From positions 1-64,000 of the forward strand of contig CAZSKP010000003.1 of assembly GCA_964607485.1 (NCBI GenBank): a stretch of DNA of 64,000 nucleotides. The letters are read 5' to 3'. A program made the translations under genes and the position numbers. Origin of the DNA: an uncultured bacterium. Its GTDB lineage: Bacteria; Abyssobacteria; SURF-5. Positions 1-10,002 of the stretch are shown piece by piece; the stretch's first letter is position 1; the number at the start of each line of letters is the position of its first letter. The notes beneath the pieces were generated by a model. It searched no databases, was not told the origin of the DNA, and saw only the letters and a list, made by a program, of their open reading frames with translations.

Positions 1-1713
1 CTTTCGTCTCTTTTCGTCGCGGTGACGCTCGTTCCCATGATGGCGTCGAAACTGCTCGCGACAGAACAGGGCGGCCAGGAAGAAGGCAGGTTCTTCTCTC
101 GCATCAAGAAAAGATACAGGCGGGTGATCGCGTGGGTACTCGACCATAAGTGGACGACCGTGGGCGTGGCAAATCTGCTCTGGATATCGAGCATAGGCAT
201 ACTGATAATAATGGGCAAGGAGTTCATGCCCACGGCCAACGATGAGACGTTCATGATAGAGATAGAACTCCCGCGCGGAACGCGGCTGGAGGAGACAGAC
301 AAGATTGCGAAGCGCGTCGAGAAACTGATCCTGCAAATGCCCGAGGTGGACTCGGAGCACTCGGTGGTCGGCCACTCTTCGGGCGGCGACACCATGGACA
401 GCAAGCTGGCGTTTTTCATCGTTAATCTGGTCGATCAGTCCAAACGAGTCAGAACCGTCGAACAGGTGAACGACGACATCCGCAAGCGTGTGCTTAAGGT
501 TCCCGGCATAGTGAAGTACAACTTCGTCAATCTCCAGAGCCGCTCGTTGGGCACGAGCGGCGGCAAACCGATCGAGGTGAAAATCTTCGGCAACGACCTG
601 GGCGTTTTGAGCAACCTCTCCGAGGAAGCCGCCCGACGCATGAACCAGATAGACGGATTGGTGGACGTCGAGCAGACGTTCACGTTCGGAAGCCCCGAAC
701 TCCAGATTCACTTCGACCGTGAAAGAATGGCCCAGCTCGGACTCGACGTCTCCCGCGTTGCACGTGTGATGGAGACGGCGGTGAAGGGAACCGTCGCAAG
801 CAGATACAGAGAGAGGGGCGAGGAAATCGACATACGAGTGCGGCTGGGCGAAAAAGACAGGGACAGCGTGCTCGACCTGAATAGCGCGACGCTGACCACT
901 CCCGCGGGCGGCCAGGTTCGGCTGGCCGACGTTGCGAGCGTGGACGTGGGCTCGGGCCCGGTGAAGATTTTCCGCGACGACCAGAAGCGCACGGTCAGCA
1001 TATTGGCCAACACGCTCGGGCGCGACCTCGACAGCATTGTCAGGGATATCAAGAAGAGCCTGTCCACGCTCAGCCTGCCGATGGGCTACTACATCGAATA
1101 CGGCGGCTCTTACGAGGACATGAGGGACTCGCAGAAGCAGCTCATGCTGGCCTTCCTGCTGGCGGTCGTTCTCGTGTACATGATAATCGCGGCGGAGTTC
1201 GAGTCGCTTATCCATCCGTTCACTATCATGTTCTCCGTTCCGTTCGCCTTCACGGGCTCGATATGGGCGCTGTATCTGACCGGGATGACGCTGTCGGTCA
1301 ACTCCATCATCGGCGTCATCATGCTGGCGGGCATCATCGTCAACAACGGGATAGTTCTCATCGATTATGTGAATCAACTGCGGGCGGAGGGGATGGAGAT
1401 CAAAGAAGCGCTCATCGAGGCCGGCTCTACGCGGCTCAGGCCGATTCTCATGACGACGCTGACGACGATTCTGGCGCTCATCCCGATGGCGGTGATGGGC
1501 GGCTCAGGGTCCGAGATGCGCAGGCCGCTTGCGGTCTCCCTCATCGGGGGGCTTGCCGTCGGGTCGGCCCTCACCCTGCTCGTCATCCCGACCGCCTACT
1601 ACCTATTCGACGCAGTCGCTCACCGCATCTACCTCATTTTCATGCGCGTGCTGCATCCAAAGGAGCTTTCAACGGGCGGAGCAGCCACGAAAGCCGACCT
1701 CACGAAGAAGTGA
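1..1713 (+). CDS. RND efflux permease, AcrB/AcrD/AcrF family (5' partial)
   Basis: GIIVNNGIVLID and RLRPILMTT motifs, multiple TM helices; frame is open at the window edge. Confidence 0.95.
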   Translation, partial: LSSLFVAVTLVPMMASKLLATEQGGQEEGRFFSRIKKRYRRVIAWVLDHKWTTVGVANLLWISSIGILIIMGKEFMPTANDETFMIEIELPRGTRLEETDKIAKRVEKLILQMPEVDSEHSVVGHSSGGDTMDSKLAFFIVNLVDQSKRVRTVEQVNDDIRKRVLKVPGIVKYNFVNLQSRSLGTSGGKPIEVKIFGNDLGVLSNLSEEAARRMNQIDGLVDVEQTFTFGSPELQIHFDRERMAQLGLDVSRVARVMETAVKGTVASRYRERGEEIDIRVRLGEKDRDSVLDLNSATLTTPAGGQVRLADVASVDVGSGPVKIFRDDQKRTVSILANTLGRDLDSIVRDIKKSLSTLSLPMGYYIEYGGSYEDMRDSQKQLMLAFLLAVVLVYMIIAAEFESLIHPFTIMFSVPFAFTGSIWALYLTGMTLSVNSIIGVIMLAGIIVNNGIVLIDYVNQLRAEGMEIKEALIEAGSTRLRPILMTTLTTILALIPMAVMGGSGSEMRRPLAVSLIGGLAVGSALTLLVIPTAYYLFDAVAHRIYLIFMRVLHPKELSTGGAATKADLTKK

Positions 1714-1812
1714 ACGCATTCCCACCATGGACCCCGCGAGTTGTAATCAAGCACACTGTTCCGTTAGAATGTTTCCCGCCGGGAACGAGAAGAAGCTGCG
1801 GGAGAACGTCAA

Positions 1813-2061
1813 TTGACCGAAGCTTTTGACAGCAGGGAATTCCTCGAGAGTTGGAAACAGCGCAAGGGAAAAGAGGAATGGCTGTTTGCAGTGGCGGTCG
1901 TCAAGGCAGGGCTCGAACGCGAGGACAACCTGGACGAGGATGCCGAAGAGCAGATAGCGACCGCCCTTGAGGAGTTCGGCATTTCTTCAGACGAGCTTCA
2001 GGAATACCTGGATAAAAACCGCGAAAAACTCCTGCAGTTTCTCGATTCCTACCCCGCGTAG
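1813..2061 (+). CDS. hypothetical acidic small protein
   Basis: 82 aa ORF, GGGAG SD before TTG, fills the gap between genes. Confidence 0.7.
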   Translation: MTEAFDSREFLESWKQRKGKEEWLFAVAVVKAGLEREDNLDEDAEEQIATALEEFGISSDELQEYLDKNREKLLQFLDSYPA

Positions 2062-2064
2062 CCC

Positions 2065-2697
2065 TCAGGCCTTCTTCGCCCTGAGGCCGTCGAGCAGAAG
2101 CGAAACGGCAACCTCGATGAGCCGGGGCAGCTTCTGGCGCGTTATCTCCTCGGTGCGCTTCTCGTGCAGCACCATCAGCCCGTTCATCGTCCCCCACAGC
2201 ACACGACTCGCCTCGTAAGGGTTGACCACGCGGTAGTCGCCCTCGGCAATTCCCTTCTTGATCGCCGACTCAACAAGAGCAAGACATTCGAGCGACTTTC
2301 GGTCCAGCTTTTCCTTCAGTTCGCCCTCGAGCTCGATTGTCTTATCGGGCCTCCTGAGGAAGAACATGATGTCGAAGTACTGACCGTAATCGAGGTAGAA
2401 GCGGTAGTAAGCTTTGGCGTAGCAGTCGAGTAATTCCCTCGCCGTCGCATTGGGTCGTTCGGACCCTTTCATGAGAGCGTACAGGATCTCGAGTCCTTCT
2501 TCGAGGATCGAGACGTATATTTCCTCTTTGTTCTTGAAGTAGAGATAAAGCGTGCCGGTGCTGAGTTCGACGGTATCGGCTATCTGCGAGATCGTCGTGG
2601 CCTCGAAACCATCCCTGAAGAAACACTCGCGGGCGGCGTCGAGTATTGCCTGTCGGCGCGCCTTCTTTTCTCGTTCCTTTCTTTCTGCTACTCCCAT
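2065..2697 (-). CDS. TetR/AcrR family regulator
   Basis: ILDAARECFFRDGFEATTISQIA...GTLYLYFKNKEEI HTH; GGAGGAG SD. Confidence 0.95.
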   Translation of the reverse strand: MGVAERKEREKKARRQAILDAARECFFRDGFEATTISQIADTVELSTGTLYLYFKNKEEIYVSILEEGLEILYALMKGSERPNATARELLDCYAKAYYRFYLDYGQYFDIMFFLRRPDKTIELEGELKEKLDRKSLECLALVESAIKKGIAEGDYRVVNPYEASRVLWGTMNGLMVLHEKRTEEITRQKLPRLIEVAVSLLLDGLRAKKA

Positions 2698-2737
2698 GAC
2701 TTCTCCTCCGGGACCGTCTCCCGCGGCTTTCAGCTTA

Positions 2738-2750
2738 TGAATTATATTCA
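2738..2750. promoter_or_regulatory. palindrome TGAAT-TAT-ATTCA, candidate TetR autoregulatory operator
   Basis: Inverted repeat about 40 bp upstream of the TetR start. Confidence 0.4.
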
Positions 2751-2836
2751 AATAATTACGATAGTCCCTCCAGCCGAATTATACCACTATCGTTTCGGCT
2801 GGTCAACTATTGGCGGTTGTTATTTACACGTTGTGG

Positions 2837-2950
2837 GTCATTGCGAAGGAGGGTCAACGGCCCGAGCGAAGCAACCTCGGAGACGTTTTTCCTATATTGT
2901 CAGGATTGCTTCGTCGCTTTGGCCTGCGGCCCATCGCTCCTCGCAATGAC
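2837..2950. repeat. GTCATTGCGA...TCGCAATGAC palindromic element (REP/MITE-like)
   Basis: Terminal inverted repeat with internal GAAGCAA/TTGCTTC; related to the copies at 41995 and 59005. Confidence 0.85.
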
Positions 2951-3116
2951 AAGGCGAAGGAACGATCTCGTATCAGAAACCATTTGGACAACAGGCCGTT
3001 GGAACAACAAGCGCCGCGCGAGGGAGGATGACCACCGGCTCGGCTCATTGCCGGCAGGCTCCTCAACCGAGGCTCAAAGATCCCAAAACGGAGGGCTAAA
3101 TTGCCGCAATCGCGCG

Positions 3117-3749
3117 TCAAAGGCTTCTCAGCTTCTCGGCCGCCTTCTCGACCGCAGAGGCGGTATCGGGGTCGTTCTCCCACTGGCTAAACATCTCGGG
3201 CGTTATCGTGAGCTCGTGGGCGGCGTCTCCGAGCATCATGTACAGGCCGCCGATTGTGCATTCCTTGTGGCGGCCGCATCTGAAACACGGAGGAATGCGC
3301 GATTGGAAGCGAACCACGTCGATGACGTTGACCTCGAAGTGGTCGAGCATCCGACGAAGCTGTTCCGTGGCGGAATCGAGCATCATGGCCCCCGTGACGA
3401 CGAGGACGAACGGCTTGCCCGCTATCGGAATGTTCACATGGCGATACCCGAAAAAGCGCTCGACGAAACTCAGCGCCATTGCGTTTATCGAATCGAAGTA
3501 CACGGGAGCGCCGAGCACGACGGCGTCGGCTTGCTTGATTTTCTCGTAATAGGGCAGCAGGTCGTCCTCATGCTTGCAGACCTGCGGCCGCGCGCACAGG
3601 TGCACGCAGCCCCGGCAGGCCGAGTAGCTGAGTTCCGAGAGTTTGACGAACTCGGCCTCCCGGCCGCTCTTATCCAGAATTGTTCTGACCATACGGTCGA
3701 TGTTTCCCTCGCGGCCCGTTCCGCCCGCGCTGAATCCTAATACCTTCAT
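3117..3749 (-). CDS. flavodoxin family / NADPH-dependent FMN reductase (iron-sulfur flavoprotein-like)
   Basis: CRGCVHLC, ADAVVLGAPVYF. Confidence 0.9.
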   Translation of the reverse strand: MKVLGFSAGGTGREGNIDRMVRTILDKSGREAEFVKLSELSYSACRGCVHLCARPQVCKHEDDLLPYYEKIKQADAVVLGAPVYFDSINAMALSFVERFFGYRHVNIPIAGKPFVLVVTGAMMLDSATEQLRRMLDHFEVNVIDVVRFQSRIPPCFRCGRHKECTIGGLYMMLGDAAHELTITPEMFSQWENDPDTASAVEKAAEKLRSL

Positions 3750-3854
3750 TTTTCGCTCCTTGTAACCCATGAAGACGCCAACTTTCAGTCCCGCGGAATC
3801 ACGCTACCATGCGGGCGCGCAGGCTGTCAAGGCCTGCGCGGCGCCCGCCTACAT

Positions 3855-3883
3855 TTGCAAACGGACGGCGAATGGAGTAGAAT
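3855..3883 (+). promoter_or_regulatory. sigma70 promoter for leader-leuA
   Basis: TTGCAA-17-TAGAAT. Confidence 0.65.
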
Positions 3884-4040
3884 AAATAGCATCGTGTCTC
3901 CAGAGACGCGGTGCTCTTTGTTTCCGGATGGCGGTTCTGAACCGCCTCAAGGGAATTATCTCGTGACAGGAAAAGCAGTGAGATACTTCATGAATGACAT
4001 AACCAGCGGATTCCATCGGGCGGTCTTCCGTCCATGGAAT

Positions 4041-4217
4041 ATGCCGCAGGTTTTCAGACCTGCCGACATCATACCGGAACTCCGGTCTCTCCTTCTCGGT
4101 CTGCTGTTGCTGCGCGGGCTGTGCCCGCGAACCGACGAACCGACATATCCATTATCCGACCATCAAACGCAAATCCGAAGACGACGCATGCCCCGGCACG
4201 ACCGTGTCGGAGCATGA
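4041..4217 (+). CDS. putative Leu-rich leader peptide of leuA
   Basis: LRSLLLGLLLLRGL (9 Leu in 14 codons); stops 20 nt before leuA; start could also be ATG 3990. Confidence 0.55.
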   Translation: MPQVFRPADIIPELRSLLLGLLLLRGLCPRTDEPTYPLSDHQTQIRRRRMPRHDRVGA

Positions 4218-4237
4218 TTAGAGAGAGGTATTGAGAA

Positions 4238-5755
4238 ATGACAGAACAAGTGTACATATTCGACACCACTCTCAGAGACGGCGAGCAATCGCCGGGCGCG
4301 AGCATGACGCTGGATGAGAAGATACGAATGGCGATCCAGCTCGAGAAACTGGGAGTGGACGTGATAGAGGCCGGATTCCCCATTGCCTCGCGCGGTGAAT
4401 TCGATTCGGTCCAGAAAATCGCGAGCGCGGTCAAGAACGTCACCGTTGCGGGGCTCGCGCGCGCGAACAAGGCCGACATCGACGCCGCCTGGAACGCCAT
4501 AAAGGTTACGACACACCCGAGAATCCACCTGTTCATCGCAACGTCGGACATTCACCTGAAACACAAGCTGAAGCGAACGCGCGAGCAGGTGCTCGAAGAC
4601 GCCGTGGGCGCCGTCAAGCACGCGCGCCAGTACACCGACAACGTCGAGTTTTCGGCCGAGGACGCTACTCGCAGCGACATCGACTTCCTCTGCGAGATTG
4701 TGCGCGCGGTCATCGATGCAGGCGCGTCGGTGGTCAACCTGCCCGATACGGTCGGCTACTCCACTCCCGCCGAGATCGGAGCGCTGTTCAGAAAGATCCG
4801 GGAGGACGTCCCCAATGTCGAGAAGGTAGTGCTGAGCACCCATTGCCACAACGACCTCGGCATGGCCGTCGCAAACAGCCTCGCCGCGGTCCGGTTCGGC
4901 GCACGGCAGGTCGAGTGCACGATAAACGGCATCGGAGAGCGGGCGGGCAACGCGGCCCTCGAAGAGATCGTGATGGCCATACGCACGCGCGAAGACAAGC
5001 TCCCGTTCTACACCGGCATCCAGGGCCAGGAGATATACAGGACCTCGAAGCTGCTCAGCACACTCACCGGCCTCAGCATACCGCGCAACAAGCCCATCGT
5101 CGGAAAGAACGCGTTCGCGCACGAATCGGGCGTGCATCAGGACGGCGTCATAAAGGCGGCGTTCACCTACGAGATCATGACGCCCGAATCGGTCGGCGTG
5201 CCTCAGAGCTCGATAGTGCTGGGCAAGCACTCGGGCAGGCACGGGCTGCTCGCGCGCTGCGAGGCGTTGGGATTCAAACTGACCGATGAGGACCTCAAGA
5301 AAGTCTATGACAAATTCATCGACCTCGCCGACAAGAAAAAGGAGGTCACCGACGACGACCTCGTCGCAATCGTCGAGGACGCTCTCGACCTGGTCGAGGA
5401 AGTGTACCGGCTGGAATATATGCAGACCACCAGCGGGAGCAAGACGGAGGCGACCGCCACGATACGCCTTCACTCCGACGACAAGTCGGTCCTCGATTCC
5501 GCCGTCGGCGATGGCCCCGTGGACGCGTCGTATAAGGCGATAGAACGCATCACGGGGGTCAGCGGCCGGTTGATGGAGTACTCCATCAACGCCGTCACCA
5601 TCGGCAAAGACGCCATGGGCGAGGCGTTCGTGAAGGTGAAGTTCGAGGACGACGTCGTCGCAGGACACGGCCTGAGCACCGACATCATCGAAGCCAGCGC
5701 AAAGGCGTACCTGAACGCCCTGAACAAATGGCTCTCTTTCGGTAAGAAGAAATAG
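4238..5755 (+). CDS. leuA: 2-isopropylmalate synthase
   Basis: [30 protein letters not shown]-terminal regulatory domain. Confidence 0.97.
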   Translation: MTEQVYIFDTTLRDGEQSPGASMTLDEKIRMAIQLEKLGVDVIEAGFPIASRGEFDSVQKIASAVKNVTVAGLARANKADIDAAWNAIKVTTHPRIHLFIATSDIHLKHKLKRTREQVLEDAVGAVKHARQYTDNVEFSAEDATRSDIDFLCEIVRAVIDAGASVVNLPDTVGYSTPAEIGALFRKIREDVPNVEKVVLSTHCHNDLGMAVANSLAAVRFGARQVECTINGIGERAGNAALEEIVMAIRTREDKLPFYTGIQGQEIYRTSKLLSTLTGLSIPRNKPIVGKNAFAHESGVHQDGVIKAAFTYEIMTPESVGVPQSSIVLGKHSGRHGLLARCEALGFKLTDEDLKKVYDKFIDLADKKKEVTDDDLVAIVEDALDLVEEVYRLEYMQTTSGSKTEATATIRLHSDDKSVLDSAVGDGPVDASYKAIERITGVSGRLMEYSINAVTIGKDAMGEAFVKVKFEDDVVAGHGLSTDIIEASAKAYLNALNKWLSFGKKK

Positions 5756-5835
5756 CGGGCCGTCATTCGGCACGTTCTCTCGAACGGAGCGCGCCGGGGG
5801 TGTGTTCTGCGCCGGCACAGCGACAGGAGACCGCC

Positions 5836-6618
5836 ATGCCTTACGAAACGATAGCCGTGGACCGGGCCGACCGCATCGCCACAATCACGCTCAACCGGCC
5901 TCCGATGAATCCCATCAGCACGCTGATGATAGAGGAACTGCACGCGGTTCTGGACGGAATCGAGAAGGATTCGGAAATCCGGGCCGTGATACTCACCGGC
6001 TCCGGCGACAAGGCGTTCTGCGCCGGGGCCGATGTGGCCGAGTTCGGCCAGGCGTTCGGCGAGGGAAGCGTCAAGCAGCTTGTGATGACGCGCCACGAGC
6101 TGTTCACGCGCGTCGAGCGGTTCCCCAAGCCCGTGATCGCCGCCGTCAACGGCTACGCGCTCGGGGGCGGCTGCGAGCTGGCTATGTCGTGCCACCTGCG
6201 TCTCATCGCCGACACGGCCACCGTCGGCCAGCCCGAGATAAACCTCGGCATCATCCCCGGCTACGGAGGCACACAGCGGCTGCCGCGCCTCGTGGGGCGA
6301 ACCTACGCATACGAGATGCTTCTTTTGGGCGACAGGATTTCGGCCGAGCGCGCGCTCGAGATAGGGCTGGTCAACAAGGTCTCCGGCGCGTCCTCGCTCA
6401 TGGACGACGCGCGCGAGCTGGCCGGCCGCCTCGCCAAACAGGCCCCCATCGCGGTCAAGCTCATCATCGACAGCGTGAACCGCGGGCTGGAGACGACCAT
6501 CGAGAAGGGCCTCGAAATCGAGGCCGACAACATCACGGCCGTCTCGGCGACCGAGGACGCGATGGAAGGCGTGATGGCCTTCATGCAGAAACGCCCCGCC
6601 GACTTCAAGGGGAAATAG
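5836..6618 (+). CDS. enoyl-CoA hydratase/isomerase
   Basis: AFCAGAD, GGGCELA, PGYGGTQRL. Confidence 0.95.
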   Translation: MPYETIAVDRADRIATITLNRPPMNPISTLMIEELHAVLDGIEKDSEIRAVILTGSGDKAFCAGADVAEFGQAFGEGSVKQLVMTRHELFTRVERFPKPVIAAVNGYALGGGCELAMSCHLRLIADTATVGQPEINLGIIPGYGGTQRLPRLVGRTYAYEMLLLGDRISAERALEIGLVNKVSGASSLMDDARELAGRLAKQAPIAVKLIIDSVNRGLETTIEKGLEIEADNITAVSATEDAMEGVMAFMQKRPADFKGK

Positions 6619-6655
6619 AGCCTCTTCGCGACTCGGAAGACGGAGGGTATCGAGA

Positions 6656-7183
6656 GTGTCTCTGCTGAACAGTTACGTCTGTCCTTCGTGCGGTGAAGAG
6701 TTTCCGTTCTTCATCTCGCCTTCGCGGAAGGTGCGCAGGGGACTTCTCTCGCAGCCGGATGTCGAATGTTCCCATTGCGGCCACGTATCTCGCCCGAAAA
6801 TATCATGGAAGAACGCCGTCTGGAGCTGGCCGCTGGCTGCCGCAATCTTGATGCTCGCGGTATGGCTTTTTCGGAACGTTCCGGTATTACACTCTCTTTA
6901 CCATTCCGATCCATTAATATACGGCCTGCTCGCGGGTGCGATATGCGGCGCAATCATCGGCATCGGCGGTCGGCGCGGATACGTGCTGGTCAAGCTCGAA
7001 GAAACGCAGCAGGCGCCGTCGCATCATCGGATCTGGAAGATTGTGGCCGCAGTCTGCGCCTTCGCGTTCCTCATTGTGCTGGGTTTTATCACTCACCGCT
7101 GGCGTACCATCATTGTGGGGGCTATCATCGGTGTTGCCGTATGGGCGCTTTTCTATTTTTCGGCCCAAAAGTACGCGAAGTAG
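6656..7183 (+). CDS. membrane protein with N-terminal Zn-ribbon (CxxC...CxxC)
   Basis: CPSC/CSHC followed by about 4 hydrophobic segments; GGAGG SD. Confidence 0.75.
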   Translation: MSLLNSYVCPSCGEEFPFFISPSRKVRRGLLSQPDVECSHCGHVSRPKISWKNAVWSWPLAAAILMLAVWLFRNVPVLHSLYHSDPLIYGLLAGAICGAIIGIGGRRGYVLVKLEETQQAPSHHRIWKIVAAVCAFAFLIVLGFITHRWRTIIVGAIIGVAVWALFYFSAQKYAK

Positions 7184-7187
7184 AACT

Positions 7188-7244
7188 ATGGAAAAAATCA
7201 TGGTCTTCATACAGAAATGCTCCGCCGATTTCAAGGGGAAATAG
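7188..7244 (+). repeat. degenerate copy of the crotonase 3' end (6562-6618)
   Basis: 47/57 nt identical by manual alignment; MEKIMVFIQKCSADFKGK* vs MEGVMAFMQKRPADFKGK*. Confidence 0.9.
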
Positions 7245-7396
7245 GAACAGGAAAGGAGGCGCCTGTTCACATTTTCGTTCCCCGATTCCCTTCGGCGTTC
7301 CTTGCGAGTCTCGAACTTTCTTGCTAGGGTTTTGGTGTCAGCGTATGCGTTCAACGAATGACGCCGCAAGGGACACAGAAGTGAAAGGATGAAACC

Positions 7397-7867
7397 ATGG
7401 GAGAGATCGTCCACACGTCGCGCGTCAGAATTGTGAGAGAAAAGGGCCCGACAAGAAGGGCCATGATCGAGGGATTCGACGAACCGGTCTATTACGGCGT
7501 TCACGGCGGGATCAAGAAGTTCTACAAGGTGGAGCCCGACAAGGAGCACGCCGCCACACTCGACCACATCGTGGCCGCAACCGCGTCTTGAATGATGGGA
7601 ACACTGGCCGCGGCGCTGGCCGGCAAGAAGATTCCCACCCCCGAGGACCGCTACTGGGCCGAGGTGGAAGGACACATCGAGAACGTCAACAACATCCTGA
7701 AAATCACCCGAATCAACGTCCTGTATCACCTGAAGGCGCCCCAAGGCAAGGCTGCAGATGCGAAGGAAGCCTTTTCACGCTACCTGACCTCCTGTCCCGC
7801 CGCTCAGAGCGTCATCGGCTGCATAGACATCAAAGACGACATCGACATCGAGGAAACGATGGAATGA
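7397..7867 (+). CDS. OsmC family protein, probable selenoprotein (UGA at 7589-7591)
   Basis: Two abutting same-frame ORFs joined at TGA in the position of the first OsmC Cys (AATAS-U-MMGT); second Cys in CPAAQS; hairpin at 7604-7623. Confidence 0.85.
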
Positions 7868-7910
7868 TTTTGTAATGGGGAAGATGGGTCTGTTCCCGTT
7901 TTCTTCCATC

Positions 7911-7989
7911 GTCATTCCCGCGAAAGCGGGAGTCCAGGATCTTAATAGTGGGCCGAAATAGTCTGGATTCCCGCTTTCGCGGGAATGAC
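7911..7989. repeat. GTCATTCCCGCGAAAGCGGGA REP doublet
   Basis: Inverted pair forming a long hairpin. Confidence 0.9.
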
Positions 7990-8020
7990 ACCTTACACGT
8001 TCCGCTGCACCCTTCGAGCA

Positions 8021-8121
8021 GGACAGGCACAGGGACCTGCCCCCACTCACCTGCTCTCTGCGATTTGGGTTCTTCCTTTGGCTTCCAGATGCCGCCGATT
8101 CTGCCGATGACATCGCGCTGA
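8021..8121 (-). repeat. degenerate copy of the 3' end plus adjacent REP of gene 12827-13555 (other copy 12804-12903)
   Basis: Core 8055-8111 vs 12836-12892 is 48/57 identical; VIGRIGGIWKPKEEPKSQR vs VIGRIASTWEPKEKPDPQR. Confidence 0.9.
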
Positions 8122-8168
8122 ATATTCTCGAAATTCCTCCACTGGACCAAAAATCGCCAAGAACCTCC

Positions 8169-8197
8169 TTGACAAATTCAAACAAATGTTTTATAAT
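8169..8197 (+). promoter_or_regulatory. consensus sigma70 promoter with overlapping operator
   Basis: TTGACA-17-TATAAT; AAACA-AA-TGTTT palindrome in the spacer. Confidence 0.85.
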
Positions 8198-8248
8198 TTA
8201 GTTTAGAACAGTTGATTGAAACATACAGTCAAGCTAACGGGGGCCAAC

Positions 8249-8959
8249 ATGCCCGAAAGCGCAAATGATTATTCCACCCGCAGGCGGCTCATCGAGGCGG
8301 CCGGGAGGCTTTTTGCGGAAAAAGGGTTCAAGGAGACTACGGTAAGGAGTATCTGCGAACAGGCGGGCGCCAATTTGGCGGCGGTCAACTACCATTTCCG
8401 GGATAAGGAAGGGCTCTACGAGGAGGTCATCCTCTCTATTCTGAACAATATCAGAGAAGAATTTCCGGTCGATAAGGACATCGACGGCGCGATGTCCCCC
8501 GAGTCCCGGCTCCGGACGGTCGTTCGCAACATGCTCTACCGATTCAACGACCCGAAGCGCCCCGCGTGGCAAGGCACACTGCTGGCATGGGAACGGATGA
8601 ACCCCCGACCCACAATCCTGTCGATAATTCAGGAAGAAATCAAGAAGACGCTCACCCTCCTGTCTTCCATCGTGACAGAGCTACTGGGGCCCGGCGCGAA
8701 GGCCGACGACGTCAGATTGTGCGTCGAGAGCGTGATCGGACAATTGATGTTCCAGGCGCATTTGAGGGCTCCCCATGCGCCCCCGATGGTGAGGAAGGGA
8801 ACCCCCTCAGTGGAAGAGTTGAATCAATTGGTACACCATATTACTGACTTCTCCCTTGCGGGAATAGAAGACATCCGGCGCAGGGGAAACGGTCCCCGAA
8901 ATCTCAGCAAAGAGCCGCGTGAAACCGGGCAGAACCCAGGAAATGTGAACCCATTATGA
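8249..8959 (+). CDS. TetR family regulator (CecR/YbiH-like)
   Basis: AGANLAAVNYHFRDKEGLY; C-terminal HITDFSLAG; heads the efflux operon. Confidence 0.9.
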   Translation: MPESANDYSTRRRLIEAAGRLFAEKGFKETTVRSICEQAGANLAAVNYHFRDKEGLYEEVILSILNNIREEFPVDKDIDGAMSPESRLRTVVRNMLYRFNDPKRPAWQGTLLAWERMNPRPTILSIIQEEIKKTLTLLSSIVTELLGPGAKADDVRLCVESVIGQLMFQAHLRAPHAPPMVRKGTPSVEELNQLVHHITDFSLAGIEDIRRRGNGPRNLSKEPRETGQNPGNVNPL

Positions 8960-9996
8960 AGAGAAAACTGGTTTTCCTCGTGATTGCGCTGATCGTTGTG
9001 GCCGCGATTGTCGTCGTCGTGATAGCCACCAGGAAAAAGACTCTCGAGAACATAAAGACGACCGGAATCGTGGAAGGAACAGAGGTCAACCTGTCTCCCA
9101 AGGTAGCCGGAAGAATTTCATACCTGTGCTGTGACGAGGGGGGGATAGTCAAGGAAGGCGAGGTCGCCGTCAGGCTCGAGAGCGCCGACCTCTCGGCGGC
9201 AGTCGAGCAGGCGGTTGCAGGTGTCGAAAAGGCGCAGAAAGAGGTGGACGTGTCGCGCTCCGCCGTGGACAGCGCCAGAGCGAACGTGAAAAGCGCCGAG
9301 GCCGACATCAAGGCCGCCCAGTCCGCTCAGGAGAAGGCCCGCGTAACCGCGGAGCTTGCCAAGAAGGAACTCGACAGGTCCAGTGCTCTGCACGAGCAAG
9401 GGATCATCTCCAAAGATTCCTTTGACGTCGCGGTGAAGTCTTACGACGCCTCTTCGGCCGACTACGCCTCTTCTGAATCGCGGCTGGCCGCCGCAGAATC
9501 CGGACGGGACGCCGCCCTGGCGCAGCTCAGCTCTTCCGAGAACAAGCTCAAATCCTCCGAGGCCGGCCTCAAGCAGGCGGAAGCGAGCCTGGCGTATGCG
9601 CAGGCCAAGCTGGCCGACACGGTGATAGCGAGCCCAATCACGGGAACCGTTGTGTTCAAGTCGCTGGAGAAAGGTGAAATAGTGAGCCCGGGCATGACGA
9701 TTCTGACAATCGTGAACTTGCAGGATCTTTATGTCAGGGTGGATATTGATGAAACGCTGGTCGGCGATGTCATACTTAATGGTAAGGTGATCATCAGAAC
9801 AGAGGGAAATCAGCGAAAAACGTTCGAGGGAAAAATTTCCGAGATAGGAAGGTACGCGGAATTCGCAACGCAGAAAGACGTGACCCGCGGCCGTCAGGAC
9901 ATAAAGACCTTCAGGGTCAAAATCAAAGTGGGCGACACGAGTGGAACACTGAAGCCGGGAATGACCGTGGGAGTGGAAATACCGAGAAAGCAGTAG
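8956..9996 (+). CDS. HlyD family efflux periplasmic adaptor
   Basis: N-terminal TM, coiled coil, IASPITGTV, LKPGMT. Confidence 0.93.
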   Translation: MKRKLVFLVIALIVVAAIVVVVIATRKKTLENIKTTGIVEGTEVNLSPKVAGRISYLCCDEGGIVKEGEVAVRLESADLSAAVEQAVAGVEKAQKEVDVSRSAVDSARANVKSAEADIKAAQSAQEKARVTAELAKKELDRSSALHEQGIISKDSFDVAVKSYDASSADYASSESRLAAAESGRDAALAQLSSSENKLKSSEAGLKQAEASLAYAQAKLADTVIASPITGTVVFKSLEKGEIVSPGMTILTIVNLQDLYVRVDIDETLVGDVILNGKVIIRTEGNQRKTFEGKISEIGRYAEFATQKDVTRGRQDIKTFRVKIKVGDTSGTLKPGMTVGVEIPRKQ

Positions 9997-10002
9997 GAGT
10001 TT

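Noticed and set aside
4163-5884. long antisense ORFs (also 29550-30956, 33035-34510, 39935-40942)
   Set aside because: Shadow frames of real genes, expected at high GC3
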